A stretch of 64,000 bases of DNA from Chthoniobacteraceae bacterium (lineage in GTDB: Bacteria > Verrucomicrobiota > Verrucomicrobiia > Chthoniobacterales > Chthoniobacteraceae): contig JANNXQ010000170.1 in assembly GCA_031409655.1 (NCBI GenBank), positions 32,001 through 96,000 of the forward strand, read 5' to 3'. This document shows, piece after piece, positions 41,201-48,937 of this stretch (position 1 is the first letter of the stretch; each line of letters starts with the position of its first letter). The translations under genes and the position numbers were made by a program. The notes under the pieces are model-generated. The model was not told where the DNA came from and made no database searches. It saw only the letters and a list, made by a program, of their open reading frames with translations.

Positions 41201-42675
41201 CGGCGGGCTCCAATGTGATGACCATCACGATGTCTGGGCATTATTTGCCCGGGAATAATGCCAACGTGATCCCGTCGGTCCAGGTGCTGCCAACTGCAAA
41301 CAAGGGACAAGCCTATTTCGATTTCACCAGTGGCACAGCCAATGGCCTGGCTGGTTTCGACCAAACGGTCCGATCGGTCGCCACTTCCACGTCGTATGAT
41401 ATCCCCAGCGCGGTAGGTAATACGGCAACGGCGCCCAACATCAATGGGAATGCCTCCGGGACGACCTTCACGATCACCGCGCCGGATACCACGGCGCGCA
41501 GTGGAAACCTGAGGGTCTCGCGCTTCCCCAGTAGCTACCAGAGCACGGGCCGGGCTGGCGTCATCACGATCGACACTTCATATGGTGGGTCCGGTACGTT
41601 CGGACAGCAGGCAGATCATGGACTGTCCGTTGGGGACGCCATGTTCCTCAATTTCTACGGATCGCGGGATACGACTTCGTTTAACGAAACCTCCACGGAG
41701 AACGATCTCGTCTATACCGTTGCGAGCGTTCCCGATGCGAATACCTTCACGGTCGCGGCACGGGATGCAGCCAATGCGGCGATGAACAGTGGCAACGAAG
41801 TCATCGTGTTCCCGCTCGAGGCGCAGCCTTTGGTTCGCAACGGGACAATCTCCGCGCGTCCCTCCACCTTTGCGATGAGCAACACGGACGGGGACCTTCA
41901 GCAGACGCCACTGAACTCGACGACGGTGTTCAACTTCTTCCTGCCCGACTACAAGTACGCCGGGACGCTGGCTTCGCAGGGCATCACCACTCCGGAGTTC
42001 CAGATCACGTCAGAGACCACGGCCATGCGTCAGGCAAACTTCCTCTTCAATGGTGTTTTCAATCCTTCAGGGAGCACCACCGGGGTCAGTAGCTTTAAGT
42101 CTGGAACTCACGCGTTGGTCATGGACCTGAGCCGTTGGATGAACGGCAACGCGGCAAACTTGGGCCTCGGCGTCCCAACCAGCACCTTGGTGCCGTGGAC
42201 GCAGAATCAAAACCTCGCTGAACTTATCAACCAGCTCAGTACGCTGCTGATGGCCGGGCGCCTGCCGCAACCGGCCAAGGATATCATCAAGAACTTCATC
42301 GCCACGCCGATCACCTCCATCGGCACCGGCAATCCATGCTTGGTGACGACGACTGTTGCGCACGGGTTGAAGACTGGTGATGTCGTACTTGTCAGCGGCG
42401 TCGCGGACGGAACGTTTGGTGGTGTCGCAAACAGCTTGAATAACACGAACACCACGCGGGCCGTGACGGTGACGGGACCGACCGACGGAACCTCGACAAC
42501 GTTCACGATTCCGTTGAGTTGCACGATTGCCCCGACTGGTCTGACCAACGCCCATGTCTCGGTGATTCCCTACAATCAGGGTGACACGACTCCTAACGTC
42601 ACCGACAAGCTCGGTCGCTTGCGCACCATCATCCATCTTATCCTCACCAGCCCCGATTACACCATCCAGCGATAG
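35260..42675 (+). CDS. Giant secreted DUF1800-family protein B, paralog of A, about 2471 aa
   Basis: Signal peptide MSRFTRFLAALAAS...GRA; same domain order and motifs as A; ends TSPDYTIQR versus TSPDFTIQR in A. Confidence 0.9.
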   Translation: MSRFTRFLAALAASFALIPTGRAALDVSPADGIPDIWALVQGVSVLTPAGDDDGDGQTNVAEAAAGTNPKNATEVLKIKSITKSGSNVTLIFPAILSKKYEVQGATTLTTTPPTNFVTIGSPFVPGADGDYTAVVAAGSAKFFRVLVSDLDTDNDGLSNYEERMIGLNPLLADSDGDTVSDLNYVTAQLALADTLSIRALESIASEDGPTSGEFEVYRSRSLFTINVPYDVGGTATVSTDYAALAGSVTLARTFTSAKFNVNPNPDSIVEGSESVQVTLTPPPGGLSSQYLLGSPSVATVIITDKTTPVGTGLTARYYDHANTIYAHAANFGDAASYAYTRSGTTPNFTGSVVITPTGLTPDRLTTVLAAVTVNGQVKLSFNGGNLNTAVYNHQNYTVTAKNATSFTCTVPPGASLPGSSSSTCNFSIQPLHPAVIDRIDTVVNNDWAYGTPNGVTLATHGAPRLANFPDDYSASFETYLVPTTTGSYRFQFDADDKARVLLDTGSGLVEILEHGWDGATTPETIGVFKVSAASYTLTAGQRYKMRVEHVETTGDARCRLQWSRDLGGFVNIPQAEQITQTQAATYVFNKLTTTTGTAVITLTSHGLNNGDPVTLAFSTSNLFTPASYSGNYTVANATTNTFEVAIADPVAVPNTVAAGQGCFLENRPLSTTTGVFNRTYAGTAFAGFPLRVGVDGAVTTGNNGIWGSGTPDVGLVSPSTYINPDTFSIRWTGQVQPQFTEEYTFVVHADEGSTLKINGQTQEMQAAPSSIVGGSTYLYDNATGNTVINYSGNAVKPGGFIVGETIRLDPSTGNLTHPNGSTYSYDSVTGLAVIDFSNLTSVLPNGFGVGRIVEIDPTGGTASALANARYTITAATATTFTVSFGVGAFAPQAVAPTATINVTDNRNAVITAVHATGTGTYAYSSTTGDAVIDYTGLGIPNNTVTVGQSVALDPSSGNLSTLPNAFATVTAATATTFTVNYGTSFTTGNGNVVIIAPSNGLVDPAVTTAFTVNFEPAKYANASIGTMNVEVINKPLKEWSSMGNERYVRIPVVGGTRYDIQLDTYENTSYARAILYWYSPSQTKQVIPTERLYPTSVPQAPVAHAGATEAAAVVGSAFNYLVGGTNGSSVTVSGLPAGLTYNAGVISGTATTAGDYQVLLTITNGVGTSTSVLNLHVEAPAGSIVREHWNGVAGTAVANLSTEIAAGTPPTGTTNLSSLEGPTDFGDNYGARIRGYITAPVTGNYYFWIAASNAAELWISNDDEPVSALKRASVATGNTTPRTWSGEVKQKSPWLALEAGQRYYVEILHKAGTGAGDNLAVGWRKPGETGTAPSEVVPGNVLSPYVAPAPGSTPGTLYVATMLAQNGAVTKGVGVATFRLSDDDNVAYIKFDRQGFLNPPYNGLTGIMTDWHVHNDPYLTRPSSIMFDPNAPPANSGLQPDGSFKWTIPNLVGTIPKAEVVELIKQGKAYINIHTTAYLNGEIRGNFTLASGTRTFTPPPAPPAWTDDSSTNDGASRFLAQASFGANIADITALKALAATGAVPTAGIPASRYDKWIDNQFLVGATQHLPEVLAREYGNVFGPFDVSLSFNAWWKASMTAPDQLRQRVAFALSEIHVVSGQGPLEDNARAISDFYDTLATNAFGNFRDIVVGTTLTPGMGRYLDMLRNDKPDISVGRSPNENYAREIKQLFTIGLYEMWPDGSLKLTSKDAPIDTYTQREIVGLSHVFTGWDYAYDGAYRTAFGATADWTRPMREIPARHFTGQKRVLNNEVLPGLSTVGGQPLDPNATHITTHFNDPAYQALAAQELTAAHDMLFNHPNVGPFICRQLIQRLVTANPSRDYLYRVVQKFNDNGSGVRGDMKAVIKAILLDYEARSTGQFAIPAYGKQREPIMRVAQAARALRPNNVTGTYTQNNSNLITIATSTSHLLTDGESVFLEFADATAAGAQPAPTTGSYIVNVINATSYTIDAPGWMVGSYNQSAGSNVMTITMSGHYLPGNNANVIPSVQVLPTANKGQAYFDFTSGTANGLAGFDQTVRSVATSTSYDIPSAVGNTATAPNINGNASGTTFTITAPDTTARSGNLRVSRFPSSYQSTGRAGVITIDTSYGGSGTFGQQADHGLSVGDAMFLNFYGSRDTTSFNETSTENDLVYTVASVPDANTFTVAARDAANAAMNSGNEVIVFPLEAQPLVRNGTISARPSTFAMSNTDGDLQQTPLNSTTVFNFFLPDYKYAGTLASQGITTPEFQITSETTAMRQANFLFNGVFNPSGSTTGVSSFKSGTHALVMDLSRWMNGNAANLGLGVPTSTLVPWTQNQNLAELINQLSTLLMAGRLPQPAKDIIKNFIATPITSIGTGNPCLVTTTVAHGLKTGDVVLVSGVADGTFGGVANSLNNTNTTRAVTVTGPTDGTSTTFTIPLSCTIAPTGLTNAHVSVIPYNQGDTTPNVTDKLGRLRTIIHLILTSPDYTIQR

Positions 42676-42680
42676 CCCGT

Positions 42681-44168
42681 ATGAGAACCGACCAAGATCC
42701 CAAACTTACGAATCGCAGAGATTTCATCCGGCAGGCCTCCTGTGCCGCAGTCGGCTCGCTGGCGCTCAAGAGCACCATCCGGGATCTGCGCCTGATCAAT
42801 TCCGCGCTCGCCGTGCAGCCCGCATTGACTGGCTACAAAGCACTGGTCTGCGTGTTTCTCAGTGGGGGAAATGACTCGAACAACTGGATCGTCCCGACCG
42901 ATCCTACGACGTTCGCGGATTACACCTCCATCCGCGGCAATCTCGCGCTCGCGCAGCCGTCTTTGCTCCCCTTGTGGGCGAACGCGGCTGGCACCATACC
43001 CTACACGGACTCTGATGGTCACACGTATGGCTTCCATCCCAGTTGTCCGGAACTCCAGACCCTCTTTAAGGAAGACAAGCTGGCCGTAGTCCTCAATGTG
43101 GGAACCATCGTGCGCCCGACCACTCGCACACAGTATCTGTCCGGCCTCCAAGCGTATCGGCCGCCACAGCTTTTTTCGCACAGTGATCAGGTCACGCAGT
43201 GGCAAACCTCGATCCCCGACGTTCCCCCGACCACGGGGTGGGGCGGTCGTGTCGCCGATCTCGTCAATGCCGCAGCGTCGAATCCGTCGAATAGCATCTC
43301 CATGTCCGTCTCCGTCAGCGGGGCGAACACCTTCGAGATCGGAAACCTCATCTCACAATACCAAGTCTCCACCACCGGGGCAGTGGTCCTGACGGGAGAC
43401 ACGCTGATGACGAGCGGCGGTCCACGTTCGCGCGCTTTCCAGGCGATCGCCCGTCTTTCCGACATCAATTTGCAGCGGACGGCAGTGGCCGATGTGACCA
43501 AGAATGCGATCGCAAAGGGCGATCTGCTCAACGCCAACATTTCTGACACAGCGCTCGATACGTATTGGAATGTTCCATTCCCCAATACGACCCTTGGCAA
43601 TGAATTGAAGATGGTCGCCCGCCTGATCCAGGCGCGCGGATCGACGAAATTCAACATGAAGCGTCAGATCTTCTTCACGTCGGTCGGCGGGTACGACACG
43701 CATACTTCGCAGGTCTCGGTGAATGGACAAGACCAGCCGGAGAGCCCGCAGGGCGCACATTACCGGCTCCTCGATGAGGTGAGCTCCTGTATGTTCGCGT
43801 TCCAGCGCGCGATGGAACAACTTGGCGAGTCGAACAATGTCACGGCATTCACGGCCAGCGATTTTGCCCGCACCCTTCCGACCAACAGCCAGGGCAGCGA
43901 TCATGGCTGGGGCGGTCATCACATCATCGTGGGTGGCGCAGGCGGTGCCACAGGCGCAGTGAAGGGCGGGAAGACCTACGGCCAACTGCCCGTGTTGGCG
44001 ATCAATGGCCCGAATGACACCGGCCTGGGCCGCTGGATCCCGACCATTGCGGTCGATCAACATGCGGCCACGCTGGCGAAATGGTTCGGCGTGGATTCAA
44101 CGGAGATGGATGCCATTTTCCCGAATCTAAATCGTTTCTCGACTCGAGATCTGCTCTTCATGGCCTGA
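42681..44168 (+). CDS. Tat-exported DUF1501-family protein B
   Basis: NRRDFIR; collinear with 33448-34941 over its whole length. Confidence 0.9.
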   Translation: MRTDQDPKLTNRRDFIRQASCAAVGSLALKSTIRDLRLINSALAVQPALTGYKALVCVFLSGGNDSNNWIVPTDPTTFADYTSIRGNLALAQPSLLPLWANAAGTIPYTDSDGHTYGFHPSCPELQTLFKEDKLAVVLNVGTIVRPTTRTQYLSGLQAYRPPQLFSHSDQVTQWQTSIPDVPPTTGWGGRVADLVNAAASNPSNSISMSVSVSGANTFEIGNLISQYQVSTTGAVVLTGDTLMTSGGPRSRAFQAIARLSDINLQRTAVADVTKNAIAKGDLLNANISDTALDTYWNVPFPNTTLGNELKMVARLIQARGSTKFNMKRQIFFTSVGGYDTHTSQVSVNGQDQPESPQGAHYRLLDEVSSCMFAFQRAMEQLGESNNVTAFTASDFARTLPTNSQGSDHGWGGHHIIVGGAGGATGAVKGGKTYGQLPVLAINGPNDTGLGRWIPTIAVDQHAATLAKWFGVDSTEMDAIFPNLNRFSTRDLLFMA

Positions 44169-44314
44169 GCTGGGAAAATCTCTTTTATCGGGAGCGCTGA
44201 GGCCGGACAGTTCCGGGGCTCGGCAATTCGCCGAGGAAAACGCAGTAGTTTTAAGGTCGGGTACTTTCTTTCTTTGCCTGGCAACGGCTGCTAAGGTTTG
44301 AACCTCTGTAACAT

Positions 44315-44920
44315 ATGAAAGCAAAAGTCATCCTCCTCGTTTTGGTCCTCGGTGGAATTGTTCTGTGGCGCATGAATCGTCCGGCCCCGAGCGGATCGAC
44401 TGAAGTAGTCCCCGCGGCTCCATCCGAGCATCAGGCTGGGGCGTCGAAGCCTGGATCTGTCCCGAACGCTGCCCCGGCACCTGCCATTCCTTCGGCTCCC
44501 GGTAGTACTCCTTCGCCGCAGGGTGCGGCGGTTCCTCCGCCTGCTCCTGCTCCGATGGCGAACGGGGGCGGAGCGATCACAGTTCCGCCGCCTTTGCCTG
44601 GTGCGGAGAACGTTGACGAACGGGAGGTTGCGGCCTCGGATGGAGAAAATGTGCGGCTGATGTTGCGCGATTTCCGCACGGTGATGGGAGAGAACCCAGT
44701 GGGTAGCAACGCGGAGATCATGAAGGCGGTGATGGGCGGGAATCCGAAGCAGGCGAGACTGGGACCGCCGGCGGGGCAAAATCTGAACGGTGCGGGTGAA
44801 CTCGTGGATCGCTGGGGCACGGCGTATTTCTTCCACCAGATGTCAGGAACCGAAATGGAGATCCGGTCCGCGGGAGCGGATCGGAAGTTGTTCACGAGCG
44901 ACGACGTGATCAGTCGCTAG
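44315..44920 (+). CDS. Membrane-anchored Pro-rich protein with a GspG-like C-terminal motif
   Basis: N-terminal TM helix, Pro/Ala linker, DRWGTAY...EIRSAGADRKLFTSDD. Confidence 0.65.
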   Translation: MKAKVILLVLVLGGIVLWRMNRPAPSGSTEVVPAAPSEHQAGASKPGSVPNAAPAPAIPSAPGSTPSPQGAAVPPPAPAPMANGGGAITVPPPLPGAENVDEREVAASDGENVRLMLRDFRTVMGENPVGSNAEIMKAVMGGNPKQARLGPPAGQNLNGAGELVDRWGTAYFFHQMSGTEMEIRSAGADRKLFTSDDVISR

Positions 44921-44989
44921 CGGGCGGCGCGGCCCGGGGCAGCCACACAGAAATTGCGGCGCGTGGGCAAACCTGCCACGCTCGACTTC

Positions 44990-46519
44990 ATGCCCCGCAA
45001 ATCCCCCAGTGCGCTCAAGCCCGCGATCGTTCATCCAGTAGTTTTCACGAAGCCCGTTTCCGTCCGCGAGCGGACGCTCACTTTCGGCACAAAGTGGAGT
45101 TACGCGCCGGCCCCGGAGTCGGTGCCGGTGAAGATCGCGGCGCGATTCGAACTCTTCATCGACGGTAAATTTGTCGCCCCGCGGAGCGGACGCTATTTCC
45201 CGTCCATCAATCCCTCGACGGAAAAGCCGCTGGCGGAAATCGCGGAAGCGGATGCGAGTGATGTGAATGCTGCGGTGCTCGCCGCGCGGCGCGCGTTCAA
45301 GGACTGGAGCGGGTTGCCGGGCCGCGAGCGGGGGAAGTATCTCTACCGCATTGCTCGTATCCTTCAGGAAAAAGCGCGCGAACTGGCGGTGGCCGAGACG
45401 ATGGATGGTGGCAAGCCGATCAAAGAATCGCGCGACTTCGACCTGCCGCAGTGCGCAGCGCATTTCTTCTACTACGCGGGATGGGCGGACAAACTCGACT
45501 ACGCCTTCCCCGGTCGAAAGGCCGCGCCGGTTGGGGTGTGTGGACAGATCATCCCGTGGAATTTTCCGCTGCTCATGGCGGCGTGGAAACTTGCGCCGGC
45601 GCTGGCTTGCGGAAATACCTGCGTGCTCAAGCCAGCCGAGACCACGAGCATCACGGCGCTGCTGCTCGCGCAGATCTTGCAGGAAGCGGAGTTGCCGCCG
45701 GGCGTGGTGAATATCATCACCGGCGCGGGCGAGACTGGGCGGGCGCTTGTCGAGCATCCCGATGTGGACAAGATCGCCTTCACGGGTTCCACGGATGTCG
45801 GCAAGCTCATCGCGAAATCCACGGCGGCCACGCACAAGAAGCTCACGCTCGAGCTCGGTGGAAAAGCGGCGCATCTGGTTTTCGAAGACGCGCCGATCGA
45901 CCAGGCGGTGGAAGGAGTTATCGGCGGCATCTTCTTCAATCAAGGCCACGTCTGCTGCGCCGGCTCGCGCCTGCTCGTGCAGGAGGGCATCTACCGGACC
46001 GTGCTGCGCAAATTGCGTGATCGCATCGCCGCGCTGCGCGTCGGCGATCCGATGGACAAGAACACCGACATCGGCGCGATCAATTCGCGTCCGCAGCTTG
46101 AGAAGATTCAATCACTCGTGGACGCGGGCGTGGCCGAGGGCGGCGAACTCATCCAGTCTGCATGTGCGCTGCCGAAGCGCGGCTACTGGTTCCCGCCGAG
46201 CCTCATCACCGGCGTCACCGCGAGCCACCGCGTCGCGCAGGAGGAAATCTTCGGACCCGTGCTGAGTGTGATGACCTTTCGCACGCCGGAGGAAGCGATC
46301 GAGCGCGCAAACAATACGCCCTTCGGTCTCAGTGCCGGGGTCTGGACGGACAAGGGCTCGAAGATTTTCAAGATGGTCTCAAAGCTCCGGGCCGGAGTGG
46401 TGTGGGCGAACACTTACAACAAGTTCGATCCCACGAGCCCCTTCGGCGGCTACAAGGAAAGCGGCTTCGGCCGGGAAGGCGGCGTCCACGGGCTGCTGCC
46501 GTATGTGCGGCTGAGCTGA
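44990..46519 (+). CDS. NAD(P)-dependent aldehyde dehydrogenase
   Basis: IIPWNFP, FTGSTDVG, LELGGK, FFNQGHVCCAGSR, EEIFGPV, PFGGYKESGFGREG. Confidence 0.96.
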   Translation: MPRKSPSALKPAIVHPVVFTKPVSVRERTLTFGTKWSYAPAPESVPVKIAARFELFIDGKFVAPRSGRYFPSINPSTEKPLAEIAEADASDVNAAVLAARRAFKDWSGLPGRERGKYLYRIARILQEKARELAVAETMDGGKPIKESRDFDLPQCAAHFFYYAGWADKLDYAFPGRKAAPVGVCGQIIPWNFPLLMAAWKLAPALACGNTCVLKPAETTSITALLLAQILQEAELPPGVVNIITGAGETGRALVEHPDVDKIAFTGSTDVGKLIAKSTAATHKKLTLELGGKAAHLVFEDAPIDQAVEGVIGGIFFNQGHVCCAGSRLLVQEGIYRTVLRKLRDRIAALRVGDPMDKNTDIGAINSRPQLEKIQSLVDAGVAEGGELIQSACALPKRGYWFPPSLITGVTASHRVAQEEIFGPVLSVMTFRTPEEAIERANNTPFGLSAGVWTDKGSKIFKMVSKLRAGVVWANTYNKFDPTSPFGGYKESGFGREGGVHGLLPYVRLS

Positions 46520-46595
46520 GGGAGGAGCGGCGATCATCCTGGCGCGGGTGCAAGCTGGTGCGGGAGGGAGAGTGGCGCTGCGCGCGAAGGTCGAA

Positions 46596-46615
46596 CGGCG
46601 ACAAAAATGTCGCCG
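46596..46615. terminator. Hairpin between convergent genes (terminator or REP-like)
   Basis: CGGCGACA-AAAA-TGTCGCCG, perfect 8-bp stem; no long U tract. Confidence 0.45.
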
Positions 46616-46623
46616 CTCTTGGG

Positions 46624-48828
46624 TCAAGCGAGCGCGAGTTTCTTGCACTTTGCGAGGTCGAGTTTGCCGCTTCCGAGCACCGGGATTTGCTCGATGCGTT
46701 TGATCTTTCTCGGGATCCAGAGATTCGGGAGTCCGGCGGCCGTGAGTTTTTCACGCAGTTCGGCGGCGTCGATGTCGCGCGTCGTGAGGACGACGAGCGC
46801 CTCGCCTTTCGCTTCGTCAGGGATGCCAGCGATGGCAATGGTGCGCTCGTCTTTCGGGAGCGCGAGCACTTCGCCGATCTTCTGCTCCACGGTTTCGTGC
46901 GGGACCATTTCGCCGCCGATTTTCGAGAAGCGCGAGAGCCGACCTTCGATGATGCAGAAGCCGTCGTCGTCGAAGCGCGCGAGGTCGCCGGTCTTGAACC
47001 AGCGATCGACGAGCACGTCGGCGGTGCGTTTGGGATCGTCGAGGTAGCCCTCGAAAATGTTTGGCCCGCGCAGCCAGAGCATGCCGGTTTCGTGCAGGGA
47101 AAGTTTTTCGTCGGTCTCGGGATGGCGGATTTGCGCGGCGATGCCGGGCGCGAGCTTGCCGACGGTGCCGCGCCGATTCGATGGCTGGACAGTGTCCGTA
47201 GGACGGCTGGCCTTCGGCTCGGGGAGGTTCACGGCGGCGACGGGCGCCGTCTCGGTGAGGCCGTAGCCTTGCAGGAGTTCCTTGCCGAAGCGCTCCTCGA
47301 AGGCGACGGCGAGATCGTTGGGCAGCTTCTCTGCACCAGTGACGATGAAGACGAGCGATTGCAATTTCGCCGGCTCCACTTTCCGCAGATAGCCGCGGAG
47401 GAAAGTGGGCGTGCTGCAAAAGAAGGTGACGCCGTAACGTTGGATGAGGTCAGCGTTTTTGGTGATCTCCAGCGGGTTCGGATACGTGACCGAGCGGACG
47501 CCTTCGATGAGCGGATACCAGAGCGTGACGGTGCAGCCGAAGCTGTGGAAGAAAGGCAGGCACGCGAGCACGGTGTCGCTGCGCTTGAGATCGAGCATGA
47601 GGGCGAATTGCGAGACGTTGCTGAGCACATTGCGATGGCTGAGCACCACCCCCTTGGGCTCGCCGCTCGAGCCGCTGGTGAAAAGGACGGTCGCTTCTTC
47701 GCGGTCGCCAGTGCGCGGCAGGCCAAGCACTGCGGCGAGCAATGACGCCGGCAGCAGCGCCACCACGCAGCGCCAGCCAATGATCTGCGGCTTGAGCGCG
47801 GGCATCACGGCTTCGAGATGGAGCAGATGCATCGGCCAGGGGAATTCGGCGAGCTTCTTCACCACGGCGTGCGCAGTGATGCAGTCGTGGACCTGCCCGA
47901 TACGGAGCGCAGCCTCCACGGAACTCCGGCCGGCGGTGAAGTTCAGATTCACCGGCACCTTGCCGGCGAGCGTCACCGCGAGGTTGGCGATCACCGCGGC
48001 CTTGCCGGGCGGCAGCACGATGCCGATGCGTCGCGCGCTGCATTTCTCCTTAACATGCCGTGAAAGGGCGATGGCGGCGGCGAGCAGGGAGCCGCCGCTG
48101 AGCGCGCTGTGGTCGGTGCCGTCGATGACGGCGGTGTGCCACTGATTCTTCTTCAGTCCGCGCAGGCAGGCGCGCGCGAGGTGGCCTCCGAGATCGGGCC
48201 GCTGCTGGTAGCAAAATTCCCCGAGTGCCAGGAAATGCTCCCGCACCGTGGCGATGTCCGCCTGCTCCGCCGCGATCGGTTCTCCGAAGGCGACCGTGAC
48301 CGGATAGGGCAGCCGGCGCGGCCACTTGAAGAAATATTTCCCCTCTACGAAGGAGAAGACCGAGCCCCAGAGCCGATCCAGCCAGACCGGAACGACGGGG
48401 CAGTCTGCCGTGCGCGCGATGAGTTCGTAGCCACGTTTGAGCTTGAGCAGCATCCCGGTGCGGGAGAGTTCGCCTTCGGGAAAAATGCAGACGATTTCGC
48501 CCGCCTTGATGGCGTCCGCAGCATCGCGCACGGCGTCCTTGGCGCGCTTCGCAGAGATCGGCAGCGCGCCCACTGCGCGGAAGACCGGATTGAGCCAGCG
48601 CGTCTTGAAAATCTCCGCATCGATGACGAAGCGGATCGGGCGCGGGCAGGCGATCTGGAGCATCGCGGCGTCGATCCAGGAGAGATGATTTGGCAGCAGC
48701 AGGAAGCCGCCGGGCGGCAGCCAGTGCTGGCCAAATGGAGTGACGCGATAGAACAGCGAAGCCACGAGCCTCCCGAGCCCGCGGACGAAGCCGCCGGCGA
48801 CGGAAGAGGATGGGGAAGGATTTTCCAC
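46624..48828 (-). CDS. aas: Bifunctional lysophospholipid acyltransferase / acyl-ACP synthetase (Aas-like)
   Basis: PlsC motifs NHLSWID and IFPEG; AMP-binding FTSGSSGEPKGV, GYGLTE, TGD, GRLSRFSKIGGEMV, GSGKLD; start uncertain. Confidence 0.88.
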   Translation of the reverse strand: MENPSPSSSVAGGFVRGLGRLVASLFYRVTPFGQHWLPPGGFLLLPNHLSWIDAAMLQIACPRPIRFVIDAEIFKTRWLNPVFRAVGALPISAKRAKDAVRDAADAIKAGEIVCIFPEGELSRTGMLLKLKRGYELIARTADCPVVPVWLDRLWGSVFSFVEGKYFFKWPRRLPYPVTVAFGEPIAAEQADIATVREHFLALGEFCYQQRPDLGGHLARACLRGLKKNQWHTAVIDGTDHSALSGGSLLAAAIALSRHVKEKCSARRIGIVLPPGKAAVIANLAVTLAGKVPVNLNFTAGRSSVEAALRIGQVHDCITAHAVVKKLAEFPWPMHLLHLEAVMPALKPQIIGWRCVVALLPASLLAAVLGLPRTGDREEATVLFTSGSSGEPKGVVLSHRNVLSNVSQFALMLDLKRSDTVLACLPFFHSFGCTVTLWYPLIEGVRSVTYPNPLEITKNADLIQRYGVTFFCSTPTFLRGYLRKVEPAKLQSLVFIVTGAEKLPNDLAVAFEERFGKELLQGYGLTETAPVAAVNLPEPKASRPTDTVQPSNRRGTVGKLAPGIAAQIRHPETDEKLSLHETGMLWLRGPNIFEGYLDDPKRTADVLVDRWFKTGDLARFDDDGFCIIEGRLSRFSKIGGEMVPHETVEQKIGEVLALPKDERTIAIAGIPDEAKGEALVVLTTRDIDAAELREKLTAAGLPNLWIPRKIKRIEQIPVLGSGKLDLAKCKKLALA

Positions 48829-48937
48829 GGGCGGCAACCTAGTCGGGAATGTCGCGGGAGCGCAACGCAGCGTGGAATGAAGATCGGGGGCGCTGCGCAT
48901 TGGACTAAAGCCCAAACTACTTTCAGACTTTCGACCC

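Noticed and set aside
38545..41364. 939-aa minus-strand ORF
   Set aside because: Lies antisense to giant gene B and has no recognisable motifs; a shadow ORF typical of GC-rich coding DNA
26492..42675. Giant proteins as a binary or pore-forming toxin (PA14 plus Ca-binding repeats)
   Set aside because: No recognisable pore-forming, RHS, RTX or toxic enzyme domain and no immunity-like gene; the C-terminus is DUF1800
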